In this document: positions 1 through 9,278 of the stretch, piece after piece
Layout: the number at the start of each line of letters is the position of its first letter
Numbering within the stretch: the first letter of the stretch is position 1
Virus record (IMG/VR): IMGVR_UViG_3300044676_002910
Location: 1 to 27,670 of that record
Reading direction: 5' to 3' (one strand)
Length of the DNA stretch: 27,670 bases
Source: a virus
Taxonomy: Duplodnaviria > Caudoviricetes
The notes under the pieces: model-generated
What the model was told of the DNA's origin: nothing
What the model saw: the letters and a program-made list of their open reading frames with translations, nothing else
The model's database searches: none
Made by a program: the position numbers and the translations under genes

Positions 1-176
1 TTAATGGAGCTAGGCTAGCCACCCCTTCAGCCCTATAGAGGAATAGAGATTAATTGGAATGCCTATGATGAGTCTAACAAGATACTAGCCATGAAGAGGG
101 CTACGGAACACCAACAGAAGAAGAGGAGCGGAGAGGTTACTGATAATTATGATTACTTATAAAGAGGGTCGTGCTA

Positions 177-653
177 ATGCAAAAAAAAGCAACTAAAAAA
201 ACAGCTAAGAAAACCACTAGGAAATATAGCAAGAAGTCTGTTTTCCCCCCAAAGGGAAAGGAGAAGCTGAGTGTCAACCTAGATACAGACGCCAGCATCC
301 GATTAGCTACACTGGCCAAAAAATGCAGAATGTTCAGGGGTAAGTTTATAGAAGAGCTTATTAATGAATATGGAGAGCAAGTTGAAGTAAAACCACCTCC
401 TCATTTGGCTTCCCATAAGCCAAAGGCAACAGATAAACAGGTAGGCGGGAATCATTATAAGGATTTTAAAATCCAGCCCATAAAGTATATCCAGGCTAAC
501 AATTTAAGTTACTGCGAAGCCAACGTAGTTAAGTATGTTACTAGGTGGAGGAGCAAGAATGGTATTGAGGACTTGAAGAAAGCTAAACACTACATAGACC
601 TGCTCATAGAGAGTGAGGTTACAGAGTCTAACTTAGAATATTTAAGAGAGTGA
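177..653 (+). CDS. DUF3310 (T7 gp1.7/SaV-like) domain protein with N-terminal Lys-rich tail and ribbon-helix-helix-like segment
   Basis: C-terminal QVGGNHYK..IQPIKYI..N.SYCEANVVKYVTRWRSKNGIEDLKKAKHYIDLL is the DUF3310 pattern. ATG at 177 is better spaced from the GAGGG SD than GTG at 171. Confidence 0.8.
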   Translation: MQKKATKKTAKKTTRKYSKKSVFPPKGKEKLSVNLDTDASIRLATLAKKCRMFRGKFIEELINEYGEQVEVKPPPHLASHKPKATDKQVGGNHYKDFKIQPIKYIQANNLSYCEANVVKYVTRWRSKNGIEDLKKAKHYIDLLIESEVTESNLEYLRE

Positions 654-654
654 T

Positions 655-1077
655 ATGCGAAAGAAAACACTTAGAGCCTTGATAGATGATGTAGCTAAGT
701 TATTACAAAAACACGTTAGATTGAAGGCGGCTGTAGCTGCTAAGAAGGATGGCTTTATAGAGTGCGTATCCTGTGGAAAGTGGCATCACTGGAAGAATAT
801 GCAGGGTGGACACTGGATAGAAAGAGGAAAGCAAGCCACTAAGATAATGGAGGAGAACATACATCCTCAGTGTGCTGGCTGTAACCAGTACGGTATGCGG
901 CACAGGACTCACGTTAGAGAAGGTTACTCCAAATACATGAGGGATATGTACGGGGATGACTTCTGTGACCAGATGTTAATAGATTCCAGAAAACCGATTA
1001 AATACTTTAGACCTGACTTAAAGGATATGATTAAAGACTTGAGAGAAAAGAACAGGGAATTAGAAGATGCCATTTAG
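655..1077 (+). CDS. ninG: NinG/Rap-like recombination endonuclease (HNH-type)
   Basis: CVSCG...GGHWIERG...NIHPQCAGCN motif set typical of the lambda NinG family. Confidence 0.85.
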   Translation: MRKKTLRALIDDVAKLLQKHVRLKAAVAAKKDGFIECVSCGKWHHWKNMQGGHWIERGKQATKIMEENIHPQCAGCNQYGMRHRTHVREGYSKYMRDMYGDDFCDQMLIDSRKPIKYFRPDLKDMIKDLREKNRELEDAI

Positions 1078-1822
1078 GCCAGAAGACAAACCAAGAGTAT
1101 CTATCATTACCATAATGTATAACGGCAGAACTGAATTACTTAAAAGGGCTGTTCAAAGCGTTATTAATCAAAGCTATCCTTATTGGGAGCTTATCTTGCA
1201 AGATGACCATTCTACAGATGGCACTTATGAAATGGCGGTTGGACTAGCCATGACAGACAAAAGAATAAAGGTGTACAGGAACAAAAAAAATCTTGGCATA
1301 TCAAAGAACAGGCTTGAGGCTTTCAAAAATACAACTGGGGATTTAATAGCCCATTTAGATAATGATGACTTTTTATATCCAGACGCAGTTAAATTAATGG
1401 TAGATGCTTTTGAAAGAAATTCAGAGATAGGTTTTGCTTATAGCGACATGGCGTACATTGAAGACAATCTTCCTTCTGGTTACATAGCCCATAAGAATTA
1501 CGGAGAGCCGCTTAGTCAGTATGGGTGGAGACACTTTGGGATGTTCAGAAGAAGTGCCTACGACAAGACCAATGGATACAATGTTGACCTAGCCTATCCT
1601 TGTGAAGATGCAGATATATTCATGCAGATTGCAGAGAAGTTTGTATTTGCCAGGGTTCCCTTTGTTCTCTACGGATACCATAATCAAGGGGAACACGCCT
1701 ATACTGGGATAGGCCCATGTAATACCTGTCCTACCAGACATATATGTAATTTTTCTAGGGTATTTGCTAAGAGTTTAACGCCTCCAATTGATGTATTAAG
1801 TTGGAAGCCAATAGAAGAATAA
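1067..1822 (+). CDS. Family 2 glycosyltransferase (GT-A fold), soluble
   Basis: PRVSIITIMYN, SVINQSYPYWELILQDDHSTDGT, NLGISKNR, HLDNDD (DxD) and ED motifs. No transmembrane segment. Confidence 0.92.
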   Translation: MPFRPEDKPRVSIITIMYNGRTELLKRAVQSVINQSYPYWELILQDDHSTDGTYEMAVGLAMTDKRIKVYRNKKNLGISKNRLEAFKNTTGDLIAHLDNDDFLYPDAVKLMVDAFERNSEIGFAYSDMAYIEDNLPSGYIAHKNYGEPLSQYGWRHFGMFRRSAYDKTNGYNVDLAYPCEDADIFMQIAEKFVFARVPFVLYGYHNQGEHAYTGIGPCNTCPTRHICNFSRVFAKSLTPPIDVLSWKPIEE

Positions 1823-1840
1823 TACGAGGAGTATGCTGGC

Positions 1841-2077
1841 TTGAAACAGGGAACCCAGAGTGTAGAGATAGACCCTATGGAGCCAGAGGAACTGGCGAGA
1901 TGGGTGAACGACAATTTACCCCTTCTGGAGGGGACGGAGCAGAGGGCGATAGGGACTCTAGCAATGATGGTGAGGGATTACTCAGACTTCATGGAGGAGA
2001 ATAGCACTGTAGATGAGTTATTCAGTATGTTCATCTCTATGCGGTACAAAGAGCTGATGGACAAGGAGCTGCATTAG
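1841..2077 (+). CDS. Hypothetical protein, 78 aa
   Basis: ORF with GAGGAG upstream. Its stop overlaps the next GTG start. Confidence 0.65.
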   Translation: MKQGTQSVEIDPMEPEELARWVNDNLPLLEGTEQRAIGTLAMMVRDYSDFMEENSTVDELFSMFISMRYKELMDKELH

Positions 2078-2451
2078 TGGTTGATGAGTACGCCCCTCTA
2101 ATTAAGAACAGAGAAAACGCTGCTAAGATTAAAGACTTTGGCAGTCTCAGATGGGGCAAAATATCTCCTACAGACATTGATGGCTTTATAGAGATAGGAA
2201 ATGAAAAGTTTATATTCATTGAGTGTAAATATAAAGACTCTGAACTCCCTACGGGCCAGAGGATAGCATTAGAAAGGCTGGTTGATGTTGTAGGTAATCA
2301 GAAGAAGGCTATTTTAATCATAGCCTCACATGATGGAAAGGGAGACATAATGGTTGGAGACTGTATAGCCACTAAGTATAGATATAAAAAAAAGTGGCGC
2401 GACACAAATCTTCCTGTGTCAACGCTGTGTGATAAGTTTATAGAAAGTTAG
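2077..2451 (+). CDS. PD-(D/E)XK-fold nuclease-like protein
   Basis: TDIDGFIE...FIFIECK...LPTGQR..LERL resembles VRR-NUC/resolvase-type PD-(D/E)XK motifs. AAGGAG SD upstream. Confidence 0.65.
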   Translation: MVDEYAPLIKNRENAAKIKDFGSLRWGKISPTDIDGFIEIGNEKFIFIECKYKDSELPTGQRIALERLVDVVGNQKKAILIIASHDGKGDIMVGDCIATKYRYKKKWRDTNLPVSTLCDKFIES

Positions 2452-2452
2452 G

Positions 2453-2512
2453 TGAGGTCAGTACGACACCCAAAGGCGGGGGTGGAGGAACCCAGGATGC
2501 CGCACTGCCTCA
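2453..2512 (-). ncRNA. Candidate structured RNA at the 3' end of the late operon
   Basis: 18-bp outer stem (2453-2471 with 2495-2512). Its three A.C mismatches on + all become G.U pairs on -. Inner hairpin GGGU/ACCC has loop UCCUCC on -. Confidence 0.5.
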
Positions 2513-2516
2513 AAAC

Positions 2517-4421
2517 TTAAAGTTTTATATTATAGACACCAGCGTTATACGCTTCTTCCTTAACTGCGCTTCTGTCATCTTCATTTAATTCTGAGAAGAC
2601 TTTAGCTAAAGAAGACATAACAAATTCTGGCGTATATTCATTTGGTTTAAATCCACGCTTCTCAAAAGCAATTAACTTGCTTACTGCTCTTGGGTTTTTT
2701 GACAGTCTATAAAGAACTGGAGGCAATCCTAAAACTCCTAAAGCAGTAGTTGCCGCAGCAGAAGCACCTGCCGCAGGGTCTTGCGAACCAAGCCCAAAAA
2801 CAGCACCAGCACCAATAACAGCACCAATTTCCCTGCCTCTTAGGGCCAAAGATAACACGCCGCCTTCAGTAGTTCTTAGAGAGTCGCCTACAGCATTTAA
2901 TACTTTCTTAAACTGAGGCCATTCCTCTCCGTATATCGTTGCCATTATTTTCTGGTTTTTTGGGCTGTTAAATTTATTTACGGTAGCCTGATTGAAGACC
3001 TTTTCGTCAGTCAAATCTCCAAACATATTCCTAGTAAAAGACGCTCTCAATATTGATTTTACGTTCTTCTTTGTCCTAAGTTCTTTTGGCAATTCTTTTA
3101 ATGCGCCAGCTTTTCTTAGAGCTTCAAAGGACTTATCAATACTGGTCATAAATTTCTTAATCTTTGAAATATTTCCAGTGGCTAATAACATATTGCCAAG
3201 AGCGTCAAAATCATCTTTTCCTGCGCGTCTAAACTGACTAGCGTTAACTTCTGGAAGAATCCCTTCAGTCAGGTCTTTAAATGTTGAATTTAAATTTGCG
3301 TAATCTTTGTATATCCCTGGAGCTTGTTTCTCTAAAGTCTCCTCTATCCCTTCCTTAATTGCTTGAGAAAGCTGGGTAAGCTCTCTTACAACTGTTGCGT
3401 TCTGACTTGCACCACCAGGCATAGCGTCATCAATATACCCATTAAGACGCTTTTGAAGGTTTAGCAATGTTTGTGCATTTACCTTTAATGCTTTTCCATC
3501 AGGAGAAATTATGTCTCTGAACTCTTCATATATTCTCTGTGTTTCTTTATGAAGAATAGAGCCAGTGTCATCCATGTTCTTGACTTGGAAATCACCAATC
3601 TTGAAGCCAATTTTGTTAGTTGGGAAGACTGATTCTGATGGCGCGTTTTGTATTATCTTGTCTAATTCTTTGCCATAAAACTCTCTGGCGGCGTTACGTC
3701 CACCATTTACGACATAATACATAGACTCCCCAAGGCTTTCAGCAGTTAAACCTTCCTTTGGACTGGATGCAAAACTTTTGCTCCAAGTAGAGAACCCTTC
3801 TATATGCCCCTTAATTACGTCAGCCGCAGCTTTCCTGTCTGCTTCATAGCTTTTTCTGGAAATCAAGCCGACTTCAGCAACTTCATTAATCAACTTTCTC
3901 ATAAAGCCAATGTCTTCAATAGCTCTTGGATTAAGAGAAGCACCACCCTCCTGAAGAAGCTGCTGAGTTTGAGCAAGAGAGGCTTTACTTCCTTGAGCGG
4001 CTTTAGAAACATTCATAAGCTGACCAAACTTATCGCCTAATGCTTTTGCTCCAGTAAGTCTAAATACCGGCCTGACTAGCTTTCCAACACCCAATGTAGC
4101 AACGTCAAAGCCACCAGAAATTAAAGCCTCTTCAGCCGCGCCGACATAATCCTTTTCTTTACCTTCAATTATGTCTTCAAGAAGCTCGCCGCCAAAAGCC
4201 CCAACCATACCGCCAGCAATACCACCAACAACCGTTCCAACTGGGCCAGCCCCCAATGTTCCAGCAGCAGCACCAGCAGCTATTCCACCAAAAATAGAGC
4301 CTACAGTCTCAAGACCCTCTACTGCATTAGCTGGTTTTTTCCTGCTCTCATAAAGCGAATGTATCTGCTCATCGCTTAATGTAGACAGGTCAATGCCTAA
4401 TAAATCTCTAGGGTTTGCCAT
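2517..4421 (-). CDS. Putative internal virion / DNA ejection protein
   Basis: Last gene of the virion operon, 634 aa, helical, with Gly/Ala-rich hydrophobic zipper segments near both ends. Position matches podovirus ejection proteins. Confidence 0.65.
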   Translation of the reverse strand: MANPRDLLGIDLSTLSDEQIHSLYESRKKPANAVEGLETVGSIFGGIAAGAAAGTLGAGPVGTVVGGIAGGMVGAFGGELLEDIIEGKEKDYVGAAEEALISGGFDVATLGVGKLVRPVFRLTGAKALGDKFGQLMNVSKAAQGSKASLAQTQQLLQEGGASLNPRAIEDIGFMRKLINEVAEVGLISRKSYEADRKAAADVIKGHIEGFSTWSKSFASSPKEGLTAESLGESMYYVVNGGRNAAREFYGKELDKIIQNAPSESVFPTNKIGFKIGDFQVKNMDDTGSILHKETQRIYEEFRDIISPDGKALKVNAQTLLNLQKRLNGYIDDAMPGGASQNATVVRELTQLSQAIKEGIEETLEKQAPGIYKDYANLNSTFKDLTEGILPEVNASQFRRAGKDDFDALGNMLLATGNISKIKKFMTSIDKSFEALRKAGALKELPKELRTKKNVKSILRASFTRNMFGDLTDEKVFNQATVNKFNSPKNQKIMATIYGEEWPQFKKVLNAVGDSLRTTEGGVLSLALRGREIGAVIGAGAVFGLGSQDPAAGASAAATTALGVLGLPPVLYRLSKNPRAVSKLIAFEKRGFKPNEYTPEFVMSSLAKVFSELNEDDRSAVKEEAYNAGVYNIKL

Positions 4422-4430
4422 TTTCTTATC

Positions 4431-5777
4431 CTATAAACTAAATGTTCCTGGTGAACGAGTAGTATTTGCAGTTTGCTCTAATTCCTGTAGTAGTCTTTGT
4501 TGCTGTCTTTGCTCTTCTTCCATCTCCTGTTTTTCAATATCTATCTGTTCTTTTTTTAACTCCTCGTCATAGACTGCTCTTTGAGCTTCATCCATAAAAT
4601 CAAGACGAGTTTTTTCTTCTAAATAATCAATGTATTCAGGGTCTTTGGTTTTTGCAGCCCAGAAATCATTGAAAGTAACAACTTCATTGGTTTCAGAATT
4701 TATCATTGCTGGAGAGCCATTGTTTTGTCTTAAAAATTTAAGCCTTTCGTTCTCTTTTTCTGCCGCAATAAAAGAAAGTTTTTGCATACCAGCTAGATAG
4801 CTTGCAATTTGTTCTGCGCTATAATTTTCGTTTGGAAATCCCCGCATTGCCAATTCAATGTCTTTATCTGAGGCAGCACCAGGGGGAAGCCCATCCATTG
4901 TTGCGGCATTGATAACTTTATTGAATCTTGTCCTAAGTATGCTTTGCTGGTTTTGGTCTCCCCTTATAGCGTTCCATTTCTCATTTATCTGACCAGCCAA
5001 TCCTGGAGTGTAGTTAGCGGCAGCTTCTGCTGCATTAAATTCTTCTGCCAAGGCTCTTGTTGCTCTAGCATCATCATAAAGGTCAGAAGCCCTAAGGTCA
5101 GCATCTCTTAAAGCGGCCATTGTTCTAGAGTCCAAATCTTTCTGCTGCAATTCAGCAAGCCGTTCTCTTAACTCCAGTTCATCTGCTTTTAGAGACCTGT
5201 CAAGTCCTGCTTCTTGAACTTGCCTGTCTCTCCAATCAACCAAATCTTGTTGAACCGTCTCGTTAAACTTAAGCTCTTCTGTTCCTAGTGCAACTTGTTG
5301 ACTAGCAGTTTCTGCTCTTGTTACAGCGGTTTCTGCTTGTTTCTCTGCGGTTGCTGCTTGTCTCTCTGAAATAGCAAGCTCTCGTTCTCTGGCACTTTTT
5401 TCAGCAATTCTCTGTTCGCTCAAAGACAAAAGTTGAGCGGCTTGAAGACCAAGACCCATGTCTTGAAGGGTCTTTGCTGTACTTCTTGCGCTGTCTATAT
5501 TTTCTATATCAAGATTTTTCAGAGCTTCCTGAACCTTCTCAGACTCAGTTCTAACGTCTAGGCCCAGCATTCCACCAACACCCCTACGGAGTGCTTCTTG
5601 TCGTTGGGGCATCTGCATAGATAGGGCAGATACTAGAGGAGCCTGAGTCCTAGCCAGTCCTGTAAGACCGCCAGTTAACTCTCTCCCCCTGAGTATTCCT
5701 TCACCAAGCATACGTTCTTGACGTTGGGCAGGAGTCTCAATAATGTCGCTGAATAAAGATTGTATGTTAATTGGCAT
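4431..5777 (-). CDS. Putative internal virion / DNA transfer protein
   Basis: 448-aa coiled-coil protein after the nozzle gene. The LPPGAASDKDIELAMRGFP segment resembles P22/Sf6-type DNA transfer proteins. Confidence 0.65.
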   Translation of the reverse strand: MPINIQSLFSDIIETPAQRQERMLGEGILRGRELTGGLTGLARTQAPLVSALSMQMPQRQEALRRGVGGMLGLDVRTESEKVQEALKNLDIENIDSARSTAKTLQDMGLGLQAAQLLSLSEQRIAEKSARERELAISERQAATAEKQAETAVTRAETASQQVALGTEELKFNETVQQDLVDWRDRQVQEAGLDRSLKADELELRERLAELQQKDLDSRTMAALRDADLRASDLYDDARATRALAEEFNAAEAAANYTPGLAGQINEKWNAIRGDQNQQSILRTRFNKVINAATMDGLPPGAASDKDIELAMRGFPNENYSAEQIASYLAGMQKLSFIAAEKENERLKFLRQNNGSPAMINSETNEVVTFNDFWAAKTKDPEYIDYLEEKTRLDFMDEAQRAVYDEELKKEQIDIEKQEMEEEQRQQQRLLQELEQTANTTRSPGTFSL

Positions 5778-5786
5778 TACTAGCTC

Positions 5787-6872
5787 CTATAAATAAACTA
5801 CAGTTCCGTCACGCATTACAACACGAGTTCCTTCAGGCTCGGATTGACCCGATTTTTCAGACCTTAACAAGTCAAACAAACCTTGGTACTGCTGCTGTCT
5901 CAGAGCGTTTCTAAGCCCTTCAAATCCCAACTGGGACTCTATTGCAGATTCTGCCAAACCAGCCCCTAAACCTAGCCCAGTAGACTGTAAAGAAGATGCT
6001 AGGCGTGAAGCCTCTAGTTGTGGAGTTAACGTCCTTAACAGCTCTTGCTGCGGGGTGTAAGCTGTAGGTATAGCCTTTAATCCTAGCTCTCCTGCTAAAC
6101 CCATTCTGTTTGCAAACTCACCCAAACCCGCTAGAGTCTGTTGAGACTGTAGGGCTTGTTCAGCTCTAGCCTGTTCCATAGCAGATATAGCAGACCCAGC
6201 GCGTTGTTCCTGAATGGCTTTGTTAAGTGCTAGTTGTTCAGGAGTACCTCCAAACATAGAAGTACGGACACCACCTCTACCCTGACCAAACAGCCTTTCT
6301 TCTAACTGAAGGCCTGCTCTTTCTCTTTCAGGAGCTTGCATGGCCTCTAGTCTTTGAAATATGTCAGCTTCTCTACTAGCTCTTTGAGTGGGGTCTTGAG
6401 TCAACATACCTATCAAAGCAGACTGTTCTTGTTCTCTTTGTGCTGGGTCGCCTAAAAAATCAAAAGCCTGTTGCCCAAAACCAGTTAAAGACCTTTGCAA
6501 TGCGGCTTCTTCAGGACTTAAAGCTAACTCAGTACCTGTTTGAGATATACTCGCAGCAGAAGGTTGACCATAGACGTTAGTGCCAGTAACCGTAAATGGT
6601 TTAAACTGAGACTGTCTTGATACTTCACCTAGTAAACCGCCTTCAGCAGTAGGTAACTGAGACTGACCACCAAAAAATATGTTGGCTGTTTCACGGGCTT
6701 TGTCTATGTCTTTAATGCCTTTTTCGGTTAAGACACCTTGACCTATGGCCCCTATAAGCCCAGCACCAGGGCTTCCAAAAAAACCATTACCGCTAGAACC
6801 TAATCCAAAAAAATCCATAGCTTGATTAGCCACGCCACCCAAACTGTGTTCTAAACCTAATATATGTGTCAT
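5787..6872 (-). CDS. Putative internal virion / ejection protein
   Basis: Gly/Gln/Ala-rich 361-aa protein, first of three ejection-position genes. Confidence 0.6.
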   Translation of the reverse strand: MTHILGLEHSLGGVANQAMDFFGLGSSGNGFFGSPGAGLIGAIGQGVLTEKGIKDIDKARETANIFFGGQSQLPTAEGGLLGEVSRQSQFKPFTVTGTNVYGQPSAASISQTGTELALSPEEAALQRSLTGFGQQAFDFLGDPAQREQEQSALIGMLTQDPTQRASREADIFQRLEAMQAPERERAGLQLEERLFGQGRGGVRTSMFGGTPEQLALNKAIQEQRAGSAISAMEQARAEQALQSQQTLAGLGEFANRMGLAGELGLKAIPTAYTPQQELLRTLTPQLEASRLASSLQSTGLGLGAGLAESAIESQLGFEGLRNALRQQQYQGLFDLLRSEKSGQSEPEGTRVVMRDGTVVYL

Positions 6873-7102
6873 TAGTAAGTACCTCCATCAATAGTGCCAG
6901 TAAATGTTCCTGACACCGTGAGGTTTGCAGCAGTTGTTGTCCCAGTAAATGTTGGGGCGGCTAGATTAGCCTTAGTAGATACTGCTGTTGCTATGTTATC
7001 AAATTCCGTGTTCACTTCGGTTCCCTTTACCACTTTGGCAGGATTTCCTGACACCAGAGAATCCTTGGCAGCAAAGTTTGTTGTCTTTGTATAGTCAGTC
7101 AT
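6872..7102 (-). CDS. Small tail-associated protein (tail needle/plug position)
   Basis: 76 aa, coupled to both neighbours by TAATG overlaps. Contains EFDNIATAVSTKANLAAPTFTG, a fibre-like motif. Confidence 0.6.
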   Translation of the reverse strand: MTDYTKTTNFAAKDSLVSGNPAKVVKGTEVNTEFDNIATAVSTKANLAAPTFTGTTTAANLTVSGTFTGTIDGGTY

Positions 7103-8631
7103 TAGACAATCCTTCCAAGTAGTGCATGAATGTTAAATTGTTGAATAGCAATAGATTTGCCGTTCACAGTTGTTTCTACTCCTACTGACACAACAGCTCC
7201 AGAACCAGAAGTATTAATTTTCTGTCTGTTAATTAAACTTAATGAGCTAGAGTATTCGGCTGTAGTGTTAAACTCAGATATATTATATTGTGCTGCGTTA
7301 TTAGCAGGTAAAACGTATGCCTGCTTTTTATAAGAATTTGAATAATCGTAAGCCCAGTTCAACACAACTGTGGCTTCAGAGCCATCAAAAGTAGTTAAGT
7401 TAACCTTCTTTAAAAATTTAAGAATAGAGCTATCCCCAAATGCCAGAGGATGCGAGAAGTAACTTAGTTGATACGAGCCTGTCCCGTCTGTATAGCTATC
7501 ATACTCAGCAATGCCAGTTGCGTTTCCAATATAAATAGTGTCATCCACCAAATTAGTAAAACGTAATGGTGACATACTAGACCAAGTGGTAGCTCTGTAT
7601 GAACCATCTTGGAGAGGAAACCTGGTATCAAAGACATACACCGTCTGAAGGACAGGAAAATTAACAAGGACAAAAGCCTCTTTAGGCGAATAATGTAATG
7701 AAATATTGCCTGTTTCACTGGCTGTCAGATTTTTAATGTCATTGTTAACATTCTTAGATATGTCTCCAATAGGGGAGGACTTTTCCTGAATTGTTCTTGC
7801 CAGACTTCTTACGCCTGAACGGTCTAAAAAGATTAAATCCTTACCCGTAGATACAACCGCGTCCCTAGAGACACATCCTATATTTGATATAGTATCAGCT
7901 AGAGACATAGAAGCAGGAGAGTCAGCACCCTCATAAATAACTATAGAGTCTTTGCCAAAAATAACAAGAAACCCGTTATGAGCTGCCAGAGCTACAATCT
8001 CATCATATCCATTAGGCCATACCTTAGATATGTCTATAGAACCTGTAGAGCCACCACTCCAAGCATGACCGCTTAATAGGTCGCTCCAATATATAGTGGA
8101 CTTATCCGTTGCGAAGTCAGCAACAAACAACCTACCAAATGCGGCTAAAACTTCATTACCCTGCGGTGGTGTGCCTGTAGCGTGAACATGAGAAGACATT
8201 TTTTCAACGTCAGCGACAGAATTTGTATATAACAATGGTTCATGCGCTCTTTGAAAAAAGTAGGAATGGTCATTAAAGTTAACTATCTTCCAGTTATTGG
8301 CACTAATTGTATAACTGCCAGGAGTATCGTCAGTTAAAGTAGAAGTTCCGTAAAATATTTTGTTGTTACCCGCAGAGAATATTTTAGTGTTACCACTTGA
8401 ATCTCTATATTGATGTATAGCCTCTATACCGTCAGAGCTGCCTAGTACAGCAGGGCCATTGGTAGATACCATATCATAACCCTTACGCGCAGCTACTCGC
8501 CCCTCTTTGTCAATAATGCAGTTATCTGCAACTGACGCAAAGGTAGGGTCTTGTGCTAACGGGGCATCTTGGGTGTTTATACCCGCAAAGCCTGGAGCCG
8601 TAATAGTTATGCTTTGTAGTTTCTGGGCCAT
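7102..8631 (-). CDS. Tail nozzle / tubular protein B (P22 gp10-like position)
   Basis: 509-aa beta-rich protein (GRLFVAD, IYWSDLL, IGCVSRDAVV) directly after the adaptor gene. Confidence 0.8.
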   Translation of the reverse strand: MAQKLQSITITAPGFAGINTQDAPLAQDPTFASVADNCIIDKEGRVAARKGYDMVSTNGPAVLGSSDGIEAIHQYRDSSGNTKIFSAGNNKIFYGTSTLTDDTPGSYTISANNWKIVNFNDHSYFFQRAHEPLLYTNSVADVEKMSSHVHATGTPPQGNEVLAAFGRLFVADFATDKSTIYWSDLLSGHAWSGGSTGSIDISKVWPNGYDEIVALAAHNGFLVIFGKDSIVIYEGADSPASMSLADTISNIGCVSRDAVVSTGKDLIFLDRSGVRSLARTIQEKSSPIGDISKNVNNDIKNLTASETGNISLHYSPKEAFVLVNFPVLQTVYVFDTRFPLQDGSYRATTWSSMSPLRFTNLVDDTIYIGNATGIAEYDSYTDGTGSYQLSYFSHPLAFGDSSILKFLKKVNLTTFDGSEATVVLNWAYDYSNSYKKQAYVLPANNAAQYNISEFNTTAEYSSSLSLINRQKINTSGSGAVVSVGVETTVNGKSIAIQQFNIHALLGRIV

Positions 8632-9278
8632 TATCGTACCTGAAAAGTTAACTCAGAAGGGTATCTGTTAGCATCAAATGCAATAGCATCAGATAAAGCA
8701 GTAGAGGCTACAGCAAATTGTTCTAATGCACTTTGACCGCCAGTCTCACCCCTTTCTCTTAAAGCCATAGCGTAAGCTAGTTGTATTACAGGGTTAGTAG
8801 GTACTAACAAACTATCTGAGTCATTGGTTAAGTCAGTCTGTGGTTTAACAACATCAAACCTTAAAGCGTATGTCGCATCAGGCTTTGGATAGACTTGAAC
8901 CTTTAAATCTTTATTAGCATCCGTACCCACAAATGTAAAATAATCAGGAGAGCCTGATTGTGGCGTAGTGTTGTAAGTTACGTTGTTAAAGTATTCTTTA
9001 CTTCTTAAATTCATAAACCTTTTAGACGTAGTGTTCATTACATCCTTAATTACAGCTAAATCACCACTATCAGTAAGTGAGTAGGTATCCGTTCCACTTA
9101 CAGTATTAATAGTTATAGAGTCTCGTAAAGAAGTCCAGTCAAAAGAGCTTTCTACAATCTTTTTAGCGTCATTAACTAAATCACCTATAAGATGAGAATA
9201 GTCAGTACCATTAGCTGTATCTACGGTGTCCTCTCGTAATCTTCGGAGAACGCTATTAATTAAATCTAAGTATGTCAT
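8631..9278 (-). CDS. Head-tail adaptor / tail tubular protein A
   Basis: [17 protein letters not shown]-terminus, FDWTSLR and GSPDYF..VYPKPDATY motifs typical of podovirus adaptors. Confidence 0.8.
   Translation of the reverse strand: MTYLDLINSVLRRLREDTVDTANGTDYSHLIGDLVNDAKKIVESSFDWTSLRDSITINTVSGTDTYSLTDSGDLAVIKDVMNTTSKRFMNLRSKEYFNNVTYNTTPQSGSPDYFTFVGTDANKDLKVQVYPKPDATYALRFDVVKPQTDLTNDSDSLLVPTNPVIQLAYAMALRERGETGGQSALEQFAVASTALSDAIAFDANRYPSELTFQVR

Noticed and set aside
1-162. Frame-1 reading LMELG*PPLQPYRGIEINW...DYL with an in-frame TAG at 16-18, suggesting amber recoding
   Set aside because: TAG cleanly ends tightly packed genes elsewhere (2075-2077, 2449-2451, 25362-25364) and the long genes need no readthrough. 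It is more likely a true stop, a variant or an error, and upstream context is missing.
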